64,000 nucleotides of DNA from NCBI GenBank assembly GCA_036785375.1, contig JAWMAR010000077.1:1674001-1738000 (forward strand), given 5' to 3'. Of the stretch, positions 22,877 to 36,513 are shown in pieces. Below the pieces are notes generated by a model. That model saw only the letters and a list, made by a program, of their open reading frames with translations, was not told the origin of the DNA and did not search any database. Made by a program: the position numbers and the translations under genes. The stretch is from Leucoraja ocellata. Its lineage: Eukaryota. Within the stretch, counting starts at the first letter, position 1; each line of letters starts with the position of its first letter.

Positions 22877-24192
22877 ATAAACAGGGTCTGATTAGGAACA
22901 GACAACATGGATTTGTGCCTGGAAGGTCATGTTTGACTCATCTTCTTGAATTATTTGAAGAGGTTACTCGGGAAATTGATGAGGGTAAAGCAGTGGATGT
23001 TGTATATATGGACTTCAGTAAGGCCTTTGACAAGGTTCCTCATGGAAGGTTGGTTAAGAAGGTTCAATGGTTGGGTATTAATGGTGGAGTAGCAAGATGG
23101 ATTCAACAGTGGCTGAATGGGAGATGCCAGAGAGTAATGGTGGATGGTTGTTTGTCAGGTTGGAGGCCAATGAGTAGTGGGGTGCCACAGGGATCTGTGT
23201 TGGGTCCACTGTTGTTTGTCATATACATCAATGATCTGGATGATGGTGTGGTAAATTGGATTAGTAAGTATGCAGATGATACTGAGATAGGTGGGGTTGT
23301 GGATAATGAAGTAGATTTTCAAAGTCTACAGAGAGATTTATGCCAGTTGGAAGAGTGGGTTGAGGGATGGCAGATGGAGTTTAATACTGATAAGTGTGAG
23401 GTGCTACATCTTGGCAGGCCAAATCAAAATAGGACGTACATGGTAAATGGTAGGGAATTGAAGAATGCAGGTGAACAGAGGGATCTGGGAATAACTATGC
23501 ACAGTTCCCTGAAAGTGGAATCTCATGTAGATAGGGTGGTAAAGAAAGCTTTTGGTGTGCTGGCCTTTATAAATCAGAGCATTGAGTATAGAAGTTGGGA
23601 TGTAATGTTAACATTGTACAAGGCATTGGTGAGGCCGATTCTGGAGTATAGTGTACAATTTTGGTCGCCTAATTATAGGAAGGATGTCAACAAAATAGAG
23701 AGTACAGAGGAGATTTATTAGATTGTTGCCTGGGTTTCAGCAACTAAGTTACAGAGAAATGTTGAACAAGTTAGGGCTTTATTCTTTGGAGCGCAGAAGG
23801 TTAAAGGGGGGACATGATAGAGGTCTTTAAAATGATGAGAGGGATAGACAGAGTTGACGTGGATAAGCTTTTCCCACTGAGAGTAGGGAAGATTCAAACA
23901 AGGGGACATGACTTGAGAATTAAGGGACTGAAGTTTAGGGGTAACATGAGGGGGAACTTCTTTATTCAGAGAGTGGTGGCTGTGTGGAATGAGCTTCCAC
24001 TGAAGGTGGTGGAGGCAGGTTCGTTATTATCATTTAAAAGTGGATTGGATGGTTATATGGACGGGAAAGGAATGGAGGGTTTTGGTCTGAGCGCAGGTAT
24101 ATGGGACCAGGGGAGAATACGTGTTCGGCACGGACCAGAAGGGTCGAGATGGCCTGTTTCCGTGCTGTAATTGTTATATGGTTATATGGTAT
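22877..24192 (+). mobile_element. 5'-truncated CR1 LINE (second subfamily)
   Basis: RT with QHGFVPGRSCLT, GVPQGSVLGP and KYADD motifs; frameshifts near 23700; (GGTTATAT)n tail. Confidence 0.93.
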
Positions 24193-26389
24193 TACATAAC
24201 ACACTGGGTGCCCTAAGATTACGGGATCAACTATAAATAGAGTATAACGTTCACAAATTAAAGCAAACGCGGTGGGGCAGAAGCGTGAGGGAGAGATGAG
24301 ACTGATTAAATTATCCATCTGCCAGTCTCGAGAATTGAGCTCAAATCCCACTATGGCCGACGTGGAACTTTAATGCAGCTTACAAACTGTACTTACAGAA
24401 AGAACAAAAATGTTAGCCTTGCCGATAATGGCACATTTAAAACAAAACGAGCACATAACAACAGCAAGGGAACTAAAAAAACTATTTCCTTCGCTCCATA
24501 GATGCTGCTGCACCCGCTGAGTTTCTCCAGCTTTTTTGTGTAACTAAAAAAGCAATTTGCTTTCACCATCCTCAAATGCTGGGGGTTTTGAAGAACTGCT
24601 GAAAACATTAGCGCTCAACAGAAAGGAAACAGGTTAATGATTATGGTCCGGGACCATTGATTTTTTGTACCGATATCAAGTAATTTTCAAGTGCACAATA
24701 AAATGTGCAACATTTTGGCCAAATATTTCTGTTAGTTTATTTGCAGAATATGGATTGGGTGAACTAAAGCGAAAGGTATGTTTGAGAAAGCAGTTTGTCC
24801 TTCGAGTTCCACATGAATGAGCAAATTCTAAAGGGTCCATGTTTGGATTTTGTTGATCCGCACAAGTAGGTAATTGAGAGGCGTGGGGTGAGATTTGTGT
24901 TGAATCAATGATTTCATAGCTTATTGTTAGTTGTTGCGGCTTTAAGATGATTTAAGAGGCCCAGGCTGCAGCTGAAATCAAACGAATGTATAACAATCCC
25001 AAAGTAAAATTACCCTTTCTCGGAAGCTGACGGCAGTTTGGAAATGGGTTTGCGGCTGCTTTGTTGTGGAGTAAGGTAAAGCTGCAGAGAGCACTAACAT
25101 GGAGAAATAACCAATTGCAGGTGCTGGTTAACAGATAAAAAGACATAGTGCTGGAGTAACACAGCAGGAGAAAGAAAATGTCCCTAAACAGTACCCACTA
25201 AACAAGTGAACCACTTTCGTTATAATCCACCGGCCTGGTCTCCCTTGTTTCTCGTGTCCTTGCGCCTCGCTGTCACTTTGGACATGCATGCCCTTTCCGC
25301 GCGTTTTAATCCCACAGGCAAATCGCCAAATGGCGTTTCAATATCTGGGAGAGTTTTCATTAAATCACCATTTTGACTTTAGATTCATACCAGATTAAAG
25401 GCGCACCTATAGATCACTTTTTTTTTAAAGAGCGAGTGCGTCTTTTTGCTGTGATTAATTTGTGTGTAGCATGCAGCTCACGTCAGGGGCGAGTTTCTTG
25501 TGAATGCGACAACTAGTTCCATCCCCGAGTTAACTACATTATAGGAAATATTACATCTCATCGGTGATCGTGGCCCTGGTTATCGTGAAATAACGTGGAT
25601 AATATGTGTTTAGTGAGATTTTATTATTTTTTAAATTATATCATATTTTATAACGTTTTGAAATGGGTTGCTTTCTACTTATTTACTCAACGCTTCTATT
25701 GATTGTAATGAATTCACTTATTTCTTCGTTATAGCAATTTCTATGAGTGCTGTATATCAATGGAGTTCAGAAGACACCGTGGATATTCAACTATAGTTAA
25801 AATGTAGACCAACTGCGGATTATTACTCTATCATTGAGGATGACCTTTACACTGCCCATCCCCGTCCCAATACATACACACACAGCGACCAACAGCAACT
25901 ATACATGAATGCGACAAAATGTAGGCCGTTGATTTTGTTCCTCGTATTTACTTTAGAACCCTTTAATGCATTGGGCAACAAGGCCATTAAAGATTTGATG
26001 GGGGGGGTGGGGGGAAATATGATATGCATGTGTAGTTACAATCAAGTGAGTCATTTGAGAAATAACAATGGTGCAGGAGAGTAGCACAAAATAAATTAGG
26101 GGCACAAAAAGGCCACGCAATATCCTTGGCAGATACAAACAAGGAGAATCCTAAATCACTCTATGCTTATTAAGACAATGTGATCACCTGCGCTGCGTTG
26201 GACAGATACATCTACAACAGGTAGTTAGGCAGACAGATTCCCATCAGCACCTTTCCCTGATGGTTAGCTCACAATTTGGCTCAGCTCAAGTCCAAGCCAG
26301 AGATACACGGCTGTGAAGCTTACCGGTCGGTTATCCTTGGTTCTGAAAACTACTGCTTACGTTTTATTCCCCCAATGAGCCAATGAAAT

Positions 26390-26655
26390 TCACTGGTCAG
26401 CACCGGCTACAACCTACGAGAACCTTCAACTCCTGGCAATCCACTTGCACCCCTTGGCGACCCACCTACGGCACGAGAATTCTCGCTACTCTCGATGGCG
26501 GCTTTATTCTAGTCGCCACTAATTTTTCGACATGTTCCCAGAATGCGGGAACTCCTCACGACCATGAAGGCGACTCCCCGGCAACCACCGCGAACATGTG
26601 GTGACTGCATAGTCTCCTGCAGTCGCCTAAAAAGACGCCTAAGTGGGACAGGCCC
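26390..26655. mobile_element. Partial Harbinger/Tourist-like MITE
   Basis: Ends in AAGTGGGACAGGCCC, the same terminus as the 63391-63601 element. Confidence 0.5.
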
Positions 26656-27448
26656 ATAATTCTCAATTCCCCAATCTGTGTGCATTCACCCGATGCCCCT
26701 TATGATTTTATACACCTCTATAAGATCAGCCCTCAGTTTTGTATACTTTGAGGAATAAAGTCCTAGCCTATAACTCAGTCCACTGAGCCCTAACAACATG
26801 TTTGGAAATCTTTTCTGCATTCTTCAACAAAATGGTATGTTTCCCACAACTGGGTGACTAAAACTAGACACAATACTCCAAGTGAGGTCTTGGTAATGTC
26901 TTATACAACTGCTGTACTTCTGTAACTTCTGTACTCAATGCCCTTACTGATGAAGGCCAGCATGCCAAAAGCCCTTTTGTGATGTTTTACGTACTGTTCT
27001 TCTAGGTCCCTCTGTTTCACAACAATTTCCAGACCGTATTGTTCACTGTAAAAGTCCTATCCTGGTTTGACTCCCAAAGTGCAACATCTTGCACTTATCT
27101 GAATGAAATTCTATTTGTCATTCTTCAGCCCACTTACCCAATTTAGTTTAGAGATACACCGGGTCCGCGCCGACCAGCAATTCCCTCACAATACACTATC
27201 CTGCACCCACTAGGGACAATTTTTACATTTACCAAGCCAATTAACCTACAAACCTGTACGTCTTTGGAGTGTGGGAGGAAACCAAAGATCTCGGAGAAAA
27301 CCCACGCAGATCTGTAGTGCATGTAAATAAATAAAGATAATCCATTTACTTCATGAATAAAACAAGCCATAACTTTAGATGCAGGTATTACATACAGCAG
27401 CTGAGAACAGATTCTGCATTTGTTGATCGTTTTTAATTCCAACAATTA

Positions 27449-29647
27449 TTTATTAACTAATCTTAAGTGGTCAAACTGTGAGTTTGAAATAGGTGACAGT
27501 AATTGTATTTGTGTAGAATTTGTCCTGGCATCAATTTTTATCAATACTCAATCTTGTTCCCACAGTACAATGCCTATTTGAAAGGCAGCTGACAGGTTAG
27601 AAAAATTAAATTAATAGGTAGAGAGACTAAAAGAATAATCACTGGGCCATGACTTACTGTTAGTTCTGCAAAGGAAGGGATACATTCACAATATTAACAG
27701 AGTTGGAACTTTACCTTAAAAATATAATTAGAATACAAAACAGTCTGAGGCTGCAGACAGAAAGAGCACGTCAGTTACTAATTAAACAATTACTCAATCA
27801 TGTTGAACAAAGAGCCTGCTCTTGAAGTAATTTGAGATAAAACAATTAATGTTCCAATAATCTGAATTAAATTGAAAACAATTCTCAATTGTAATTAAAA
27901 ATGGATGTTAAAATATGAAATATGATGCCAATTCAAAACTATTGGAATAGCCACAAACCAATTTAGTGTGAGTGCAGGAGGCATGAATTGCAACACATTA
28001 ATATCTCACTGAATCCATTCACATTAAATTAGTGATTCACATAATTACACTAGAGCTTTACTGAAAACATTAAACTACGTTAATAAAGTAAAATTATGCA
28101 TAAATTCACTTCAAATTTTAAATGCATTACATTATTTTCTCAATTTTGGACAGACCATTAATTTCATGCAAATACTCTTTAAATGCTTTATATTATCTGC
28201 CCACTGTTCTTCTCCAATAATAGACTTGCCCCATGATAAGCTATGCTGCAAATTAACACAAACACAATTATCTAGTAAATAGCAATGTTACTAGTTCACT
28301 TTCATTGTCTCTTGTGGCCCTGGAAAAGAATGTGTATCGTTACGAGGTCTTATTTCTAATCAAACTTTTTCAACTATCACAGAGTCTCAAATAGCTAAAA
28401 TCTGATGTGAAGTAAAAACCAGGCTTTACTCCCATCACCGGCAATAGGCAGCACTCTTAGTGAGTGGTGGTTTGGAATTTGAAGACCTGAATGCTGGATA
28501 CAGATTGTATAGGATCGTAGGAGGAGATCTAGGTTAAGCCATTTATCTACAGGTCAAAGACAAGCAGGCTTCCTTGGAGTGGGATAGCATGCTCTCTTTG
28601 GGCAAGGGAAGTTGGAAAAGCAGCTGCCTTGCTTGGTGTAGAGGTCAGACAACTTTGGTACAACATCACTGCAACATCTGCAATTAAAAACATTTTCTAC
28701 AGGTCCAGAATCCTGAGTGAGGAGCGAGCAACTGCTGCAGGTGCCAAGATGTTTTTTTTTAAATTAGAGAACTATTTAACACTTATAACTGCAAATAATT
28801 AAAATGCTATAGAGTTATTTAAAAAACAAAACTTCTACAGCTTCAACTATTAAAAAGCAAGAAATTCTCTAAACTGAGGACGGGAATTTTGCACTCTCTT
28901 AATCACAAGAGGAGCAGGGTCACTGAGTGCTCTGTAGAGAGGGCAGTCAGTTAACAGTCTTGTGATAAGTTTCTGTAGAGAATTTGGTGCTATTGACACA
29001 TGATTAAAAAATAATAATCTCCTCACGATGCCTGAAGTTATGACATTCATTAACGCTCTGGGGACATGGGCTGACACACACATGCAGCAGCACTCATGCA
29101 ATGCTCCTTTTCATACATACCTTTACAAATAAGGCAAAATCTGAAAATAGTTTAGAACACATTATAATTAATATGGTTTTCTGTGTTTGGTCCATTTCAT
29201 TTAAAATAATGAAAGACCAAACAAACATAATCAAGAATCATAGTGCAACACAATGCATAGTGAACGGGCCCTATCTCAGCGGGCAGGTAATTTGATCACA
29301 CCCTTCAGTAATCTATGAATGGTATTTTAAGTAGATTAACACTGAAATTGTTGATTCCAAACAAAAAAGTATATATTGAGAGATAATCTTGTGCAGAATG
29401 GATTGCACGATTGATACCATTGGTTTAGTAAAGGCAGGATAAAGAAGCCATTTCAGAGATGGCAGACGGGCGGCACAGTAATGAACTCCCAACAGCTGAA
29501 GGGTTCTTGAGCACAGTGAATCACAGACTTCATTCTACAACAAATCTTGCCCAGGAATAATTCAATTGCCAGGCGAATCTTCAAACTCTACTATGTCAGA
29601 GATTTCCATTGTTTCTTTCAATCTGAACTTCATCCATGTGTCCACTG
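27449..29647 (-). other. STARD3NL: Putative terminal non-coding (3' UTR) exon of STARD3NL
   Basis: Strong acceptor TCTCTTTCTACATTCTCCCTCAG at ~29670-29648, a donor CAG|GTGTGG just after the stop codon (32739/32738), a repeat-poor AT-rich stretch, and AATAAA on - at 27454-27449. Confidence 0.45.
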
Positions 29648-31367
29648 CTGAGGGAGAATGTAGAAAGAGAATAGAAGAAATCACTTTAGAACAACTTCTA
29701 CTTGGTTACAAAACACCAAAGAGCAACATATATAATCAATGCACTGGGGGGTTGAACTTATATCACCACTGATGCATACAAATGCAAAGTATAATAGTTT
29801 CCTTCAGCACCAGAGGGATTACAATTCTGAATTGCAATATTATGTCTAATACAATGGAGGAGTTATTGGACAATTCAGCATACAGAACCTGCAAACCAGG
29901 GTCAAAGGAAAGCATATATACTGGACAATAACCACACTAGATTGCAACACTTGCACTGGAAGAGTAGAAGCTAAGGCAGGCAGCAAACACCAAAAGAAAT
30001 CCCAAAATATTCAACAGGCAGACACGTCAACTGTAAAAAGCCCTTGCCATGAATTTCCCATGCAATTGTGACACATGTCCCTGCACGTTCTCTTTAACTT
30101 CCATCCAGGGCCCTTGCATCGCCAATGCAGTTGTTGATGTATTGGAAAAAGAACTGAGGGTGTGGGTCCCGAAACAAGACTGCTCCACCAATCCCACAAA
30201 GGACAGACAAAGCTGGAGGTTCACAGGACTAATTCCTGGGATGGTAGAGATAGACACAAAATGCTGGAGTAACTCAACTGGTCAGGCAGCATCTCTGGAG
30301 AAAATGGATAGTAATATTTTAGTTTCTTGAGACCTAGTGTTGAAGAGGGTGGGGGGGGAAGAGAGAGGGAGAGCGAAGGACTGGAGGCAAAAGACCAAGC
30401 CAAATCAGGGCTGGCACCAAATAGCCTCAGGAAGGGAGGTTCCCTGATAGGCCAATTGTTGGCTCGAGTAAAGAGGTATACATTGTTGCGAACTTCTAGG
30501 GGCAGTGCGATCCTACAAGGGATACATTTTAGGATCCCAAGAGGGATACTGCATTTTGTGTCTTTACTTTTTGGTATAAACTACCATCTGCAATTCCTAT
30601 TTATTGCATTCTGGGATGGCAGAACTGGCTTTTGAGGACAGATCAAGTGGCTGAGCTTTGTATTCATCAATGAGAATGAGGGGATATAATGGAAACATAA
30701 CAAATTCTGACAGGATGCATGGAGGCCGATTCCCCTGGTGGGATATCAAACACGAGTCACACTCTCTGGTTTATTTGACAAGGAATATAGGACTGAAATA
30801 AGGAAAAACGTATTCACTCGATGGTGATTAACTTCTGGAATATGCCACCACAGATTATATGGAGGCCTAGTTACTAAATATTTCCAGAAACAGGTAGCTT
30901 TACAGGCATAAAAAACACATATGGAGGGGTATGGGAAGTGCAGGAATATGGAATATGATCAGCCATAATCATACTGAAGAGATCAGGCTTGACGGACCAA
31001 ATGGCCTATTTCTGCACTTCAAAGAATATTCAAAGAATCTTCCAATGCCCTTTGAGGAAATATGTTTGAAAGGCTATTCAAAATCCATAAGATGTGGTGG
31101 AATTTCTTCTCTCAGAGTGTCAAGAACTTTTGGAATTCTCTGCTGCAGAGAGCTGATAAGTGGAGTTATTAAATATACTCAAGGTCCATGGAGAAAGAGC
31201 AGGACATAGCACCGAGGCTGAAACTGGATTAGCCATGACCTTACTGAACATCAGAGCAGATTCAAGGCATGGATTGGCCTGGTCCTGTTTAAGTCGTTAT
31301 GATTTCACAAATTATTGCCTCACCCGTATAAATGGGAGACCCCTAGGTTTTAAAGTGATCCCTTGTT

Positions 31368-31500
31368 CAGTCTGAAGAAGGGTCTCGACCCGAAACGTCG
31401 CCTATTTCCTTTGCTCCATAGATGCTGCCTCACCCACTGAGTTTCTCCAGCATTTTTGTCTACCTTCTGTTTTCCAGCATCTGCAGTTCCTTCTTAAACA
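31368..31500 (+). mobile_element. Penelope-derived short repeat with hammerhead-like core
   Basis: CTGAAGA-A-GGGTC-TC-GACCC-GAAACGTC at 31372-31399. Confidence 0.75.
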
Positions 31501-32741
31501 AACATTGTTCTAGATTAATTGATATGGGATTCTAGTCCAGAATGGGATTCTAGTCAAGGGATATGTGAAGAAGGCAGGAACAGGGTACTGATTGTGGATG
31601 ATCAACCACGGTCACAGTGAATGGCGGTGCTGGCTCGAAGGGCCGAAAGGGCTTCTCCTGCACCTATTGTCTATCTCTAGAGAAAATCATGTTTCCCTCA
31701 AGAAATTGTGCTTCAATTACATCTCATCTCTCACTTCTAAATTCAGCAGATACAAGTCCATAATCTCCAATGAGGTTTCACACTTAGAGTACATTAAATA
31801 CCAGTCATTGCAGTAATCATTAAGTTCATCCCTGAAGGCATTTTTTAGTTGTGAATCTAAAGCAATAAGATGCGTGGGCTGTGGACCACAACAGGAAATA
31901 AAGACAGTTTGTACATTTCGACTAGAACACAACCTAGCAGTCTGGTGTCAGGGGCTTTCAATTCTTTGAAGATATTTGCATACATTCATGGCAACAGTCT
32001 ATTACCAGGTGCAAACAGTCACATGGAAAACATCTGGTCTGTATTAGGAACTTCTGTATTAGGAACTATTGAAACACACATATTCTACTCAGCCCAGTTG
32101 AAGTATTAAATTAACTTTCGTGGCGGCCAGCAGCTGATTTGCTGCTCACCTTAGATAATCCCAGTGGATCAAGGGATTCACCATAAAATTTCATAGAAAA
32201 ACGACAAAATTGAGGAAAAACAGAAAACGCCAGAAAAAAACTTAAGTCTGGCAGTGTCGGTGGATGAGATTCCCCTGACCTGAAACATCCACTCTGTTTT
32301 ACTATGCAAGTTGCTGCCTGACCTGTTGAATGTTCTTTGGTACTTTCTGCATTAGTTTCAGATTTCCACATTTGGAGGAGTTTTTGCTTCAAAAACGAAT
32401 TGAAATGTTCAGCATTATTTCATTCCAAGAAAATCAATGCATGTGGTCTTGGATGCAGAATTAAAATATCATGCTTGTATATAAGACAGTCAGAATGTCG
32501 TAAGGTGGGCCAGAAAGGAGAAAGAAAAAATATAAATTGGTGGTGGGAAAGCAATAAATAGTGCTTGCAAATAAGAGACCCCTTCAATTCCATCCCAAGA
32601 TAGATGTGAGGAATATTTCAGGAAGACATCGGTCCCACTGAATAATTGTGAAACCATGCTGCTCTCAATCATTGTAATCACGCACGGGCCTGTAGTTGAG
32701 CAAAGCAAACAGGAGTCAACAGATGCACCATTCCACACCTG

Positions 32742-32782
32742 CTAATGCACTGGATACTCAGAATCATCTTCTTCTTCAGAAT
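32742..32782 (-). CDS. STARD3NL: STARD3NL coding exon 7 (DSEEEDDSEYPVH*)
   Basis: Acceptor TTTGTAG, phase compatible with the preceding exon, acidic tail following the FFAT-like motif, TAG stop. Confidence 0.82.
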
Positions 32783-35705
32783 CTACAAATTAAGAACAGA
32801 TTAACATCAGTTTCCAGATCATAGAAATCTGTGGCATAAAAATGGTTGTTTGGCAATTTGTATTCATGCCAGCAAAAACTGCCTTTGGTCCCGGACAGCA
32901 GTCATATAACTGAGTCTGGAGTCACAGATTGGACAAAAGCACCAGGTTTCCTTTCCTAAAGACAAATATTTTTAAAACAATCGAATAATCTCAAGGCCAT
33001 CAGTACCCCTGCTATCTTTTTATTCCAGGATTCTTTAAATAACTAAATGTCATTTTGCCAGCTGCTTTAGTGGAAATAGGTCATCTCTCCAACTTATCAG
33101 TTCAGCTTTCTATTTTCCTGTTGTATGCAAAGTTCATAGGCACAACATAAATCTACTTTTCATCAACATTCTGTGCTGTATCATTTTATGACTATGACTA
33201 TGTTGCCAATGAAAATATGCTCAAAAATATGTTTTCTTACATTTCTTCACAGGAGACACCAATCTAGAGAATCAATGGTGTATCCTATGTTGCATTAACA
33301 TCTTTTCTGTAGCAGAGACCAAAACAGGCCTCCTGCCCACCCCCTCCCCTTTTACATTCATGCCGGATATTGAAAAGTTGTATCTTTACTGATCATGCTG
33401 CGGTGGGCAGGAAGGAAGGCGTGAGGGCCGCATTGACAGCAGGCACAAAAGCAGTAGGAACATACAAATTGGGAAAGAAGCAAATAGAAGAGGAATAGGC
33501 AGAGAAAAAAAGTTAAATGTTAATATGTTGGACCCAAGCTTGGTGAAGTGGCTGTTGTGTGTAAAAACAGTTACATTCCCTTGTACTCAGCACCTGTAAA
33601 ATGAAACCTCAGCGTCGGCAGCAGAGTCAAGAGTCCTAACACATAGGAAAGACTGCTGTGGTTTAACCACAAATGCAGAAATTGGCTCATTAGGGAAACA
33701 AGGCCCTGTATCAGAGGATCAGTATCAATAGAAGTTTCAACCAATTTCTGCACAAAATATTTGCAAGTCAGGGGATGTGGTTATCAGACCTATCTAATTG
33801 CAGCACATCTCAAATTCAAGGGCAGTCAAGTTTTGTTTTTGTGCCATGCACAAGGGCAATGAGGTAGAGGTACAATGAAAATGTTGCTTGCAGCAGCATT
33901 ACATAAACATAGACGCAGACAGCACACAAAACACACCATACACAAATTGTGCAAGACAGTGGAAGAAAAAAAATGCAAAAAAATAATCAGGATATCAGTG
34001 GAAAAATACAAAGTCAAATTCAGCGAAGAGTCAAATGCTAGTTCAAACTCACCCTTCAGACAGCATTAAACTGTGCACCTTAACACTGCAGTCTAAAGTG
34101 GGAAGGTGATTGGCCAAATATCTGACAGACATCCGCTTGAATATGCTGAAGGTCCATTCATTTCTCAGCACATATTTATAATTCTACAATGACACTTCTG
34201 AGAATCACCATCAGTTTTCCTTGAGGTGACAAGAACGGGATTTATACGAAAAACTCACCACCAGAAAGCAAAAGTGCCGATTTTAGCTGATATGTTTGAT
34301 TGATTCAACAAATGCTTACAAAATAAATTTTAAACACTGTTTAAAGATTACAGTTATAGGGATGAACACTATTTCTCGAAATTCCTTGGTTACTTAGGGA
34401 AATAATAGATTTCCTATTATTGATTAGAAATAATAAATTCCTATTATTGCAGAAAATAAATAATGATCAAAAAAATAGCTGAATATTGTGTATAATGTTT
34501 TGTATAAGGAGGCTATTGCTTATTGACTGTGCATACGCTCTCATCACAGATAGAGATCTGATAGCTACACTAGAGCAAACGCCAAAATATTCAACTTCCA
34601 ACATTACCACCCTGCTTAGATTTCAAGAATGTTGAGGAGTGATCATATTTCTAACCCCAAAAAATGTTAGAAAGTTCCAACCTTGTCCATAACGCAGGGA
34701 AATATCCCGTTCCCATGAATGGGCAAGCCAGGAAAGTGATAATGGGATAATAATTAAGTCCTTGGGAAGGAGTAAGTGGCAGACAGACAGGCAAGTGGAT
34801 GGAAATCTGGGTGAAGGGAAAAGCAAGAAATCCAGAAACTGCTTGTGCAAATACAGAGATGTGCTGTCATCAGGAATCTTAGGAGACGATTGGTGGTGCC
34901 AGATAAGTGTCAGGTTATCGTAATTTTTTACAGATGACAGCGATACTGCGTGGGTGTCAAACAGAATAGGCCCAATAGCACCAGTTGGATGTCATACCGG
35001 CAGCAAGAATCATTAAAGCAATAATCTGTTGATTATATTAAAACTTACACTCTTTAGAATTAAGAAAGAGTAAAAATGTTTCACTGGTCACTTCTTGAAC
35101 ATGTTCTGCCATAAAAAATGATGTAAACTAAGCAAGGAAATAGGTTCCAGGAGATAATTAGATTGCAAGTGTTTTATACGGAGATGAAAACCATAAAACA
35201 TGTTAGGAGTGAAAGGTACAGAGTTTGAGACATTCTGTATCATATCATGCAACAAAGAGAGAAAAACCTGTACAGTAAAGAGGTGTGAAATGTTGTCAGA
35301 TAATTGGAGTGGCTTTGTAATTTCCTAGCAGTGAACTTTATTTCGGCATTGAGACACCGTGGGGACCACTAGCAATGAGAAAGGCACAGGGGGTAAAGGG
35401 CATTGCTACTACATTTCTGCTGAATGTTCCTGGTTGTTCCACGTGTGTAGTTGCAGCAATAACTGGCTTGGATCAACAGCTCATGCGCCTTTTGCTCCAT
35501 GTTGTCAATTCGTGTAGGCGCACAAATGTATATTTCAAAATGAATTAATCAAATCCTCCATATTCTTCTTGTTATTGTCGCACAATAAACACAAGCTACG
35601 GGAAATTAATGGCCAACATTTCCCATGAAAAGCTGTTATTAGCTCAACGAAACTAAACAGTTAGAGATGAGGATACAATTTCCAGCATTCTTCAGCAATA
35701 CTCAC

Positions 35706-35804
35706 CCACAATAGATTCAGGAGGAGAATAAAACTGGCCATCTGAGATAGGGCCAGGTAGAATAAGAGGTGCTTGTTCTGAAAAGTCAGATATAGTAAAG
35801 ATAC
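35706..35804 (-). CDS. STARD3NL: STARD3NL coding exon 6 (FFAT-like motif)
   Basis: SIFTISDFSEQAPLILPGPISDGQFYSPPESIV; AG and GTGAGT borders; 99 nt. Confidence 0.95.
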
Positions 35805-36513
35805 CTGGAATAAAAAGGGTAACATTGAGATGAAAGACACTAGCTGAATTATTACATTACATAGAAACTATACACACTCCCTGTCCTTAGTAAGGGTTAT
35901 GTTCTGTAAATCCTTACGCAAGTCAGATTTTATGCAAGACAGAATCACCTTAAAACTAGATAGAAACAAAAAACTGCAGTTTCTAGTTCATAAGTTCATT
36001 GGAGGAGAATTAGGCCATTCGGCCCATTGAGTCTACACCGCCATTCAAGCATGGCTGATCTTTCTTTCCCTCTCTACTGCCATGTTCCTGTAACCTTTGA
36101 TACCTTTTACTAATCAAGAACATGTCAATCTCCCCTTTAAAACTACTCAAAGACGGCCTCCACAACAATGAATTCCACAGATTCACCATCTGCTGGCTTA
36201 AGTAATTCCTCCTCCTTTCCTCTCAAGGCACATTCTATCATTCTGAGGTTTTGCCCTCTAGTCCTGGACTCTCCCACTGGTGGAAACATCCTCTCCACAT
36301 CCACTCGATCTAGGTCTTTCAGTGTTTGGTAAGTTTCAATGAGATCTACTCCCTCATCCTTCTAAACATCAGTGAGAACAGGCCCAGAGACATCAAATGC
36401 TTATCATATGTTAATCCAATCATCCCTGGGAACATTCTCGTAAACCTCCTCTGGGCCCCCTCCAATCCAGCACATCTCTCCTGAGGTATGGGGCCAAAAA
36501 CTGCTCACAATCA

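Noticed and set aside
22786-23721. 311-aa RT ORF as a host gene or retron-like system
   Set aside because: Ordinary truncated CR1 ORF2 with downstream frameshifts and many paralogous copies in the window.
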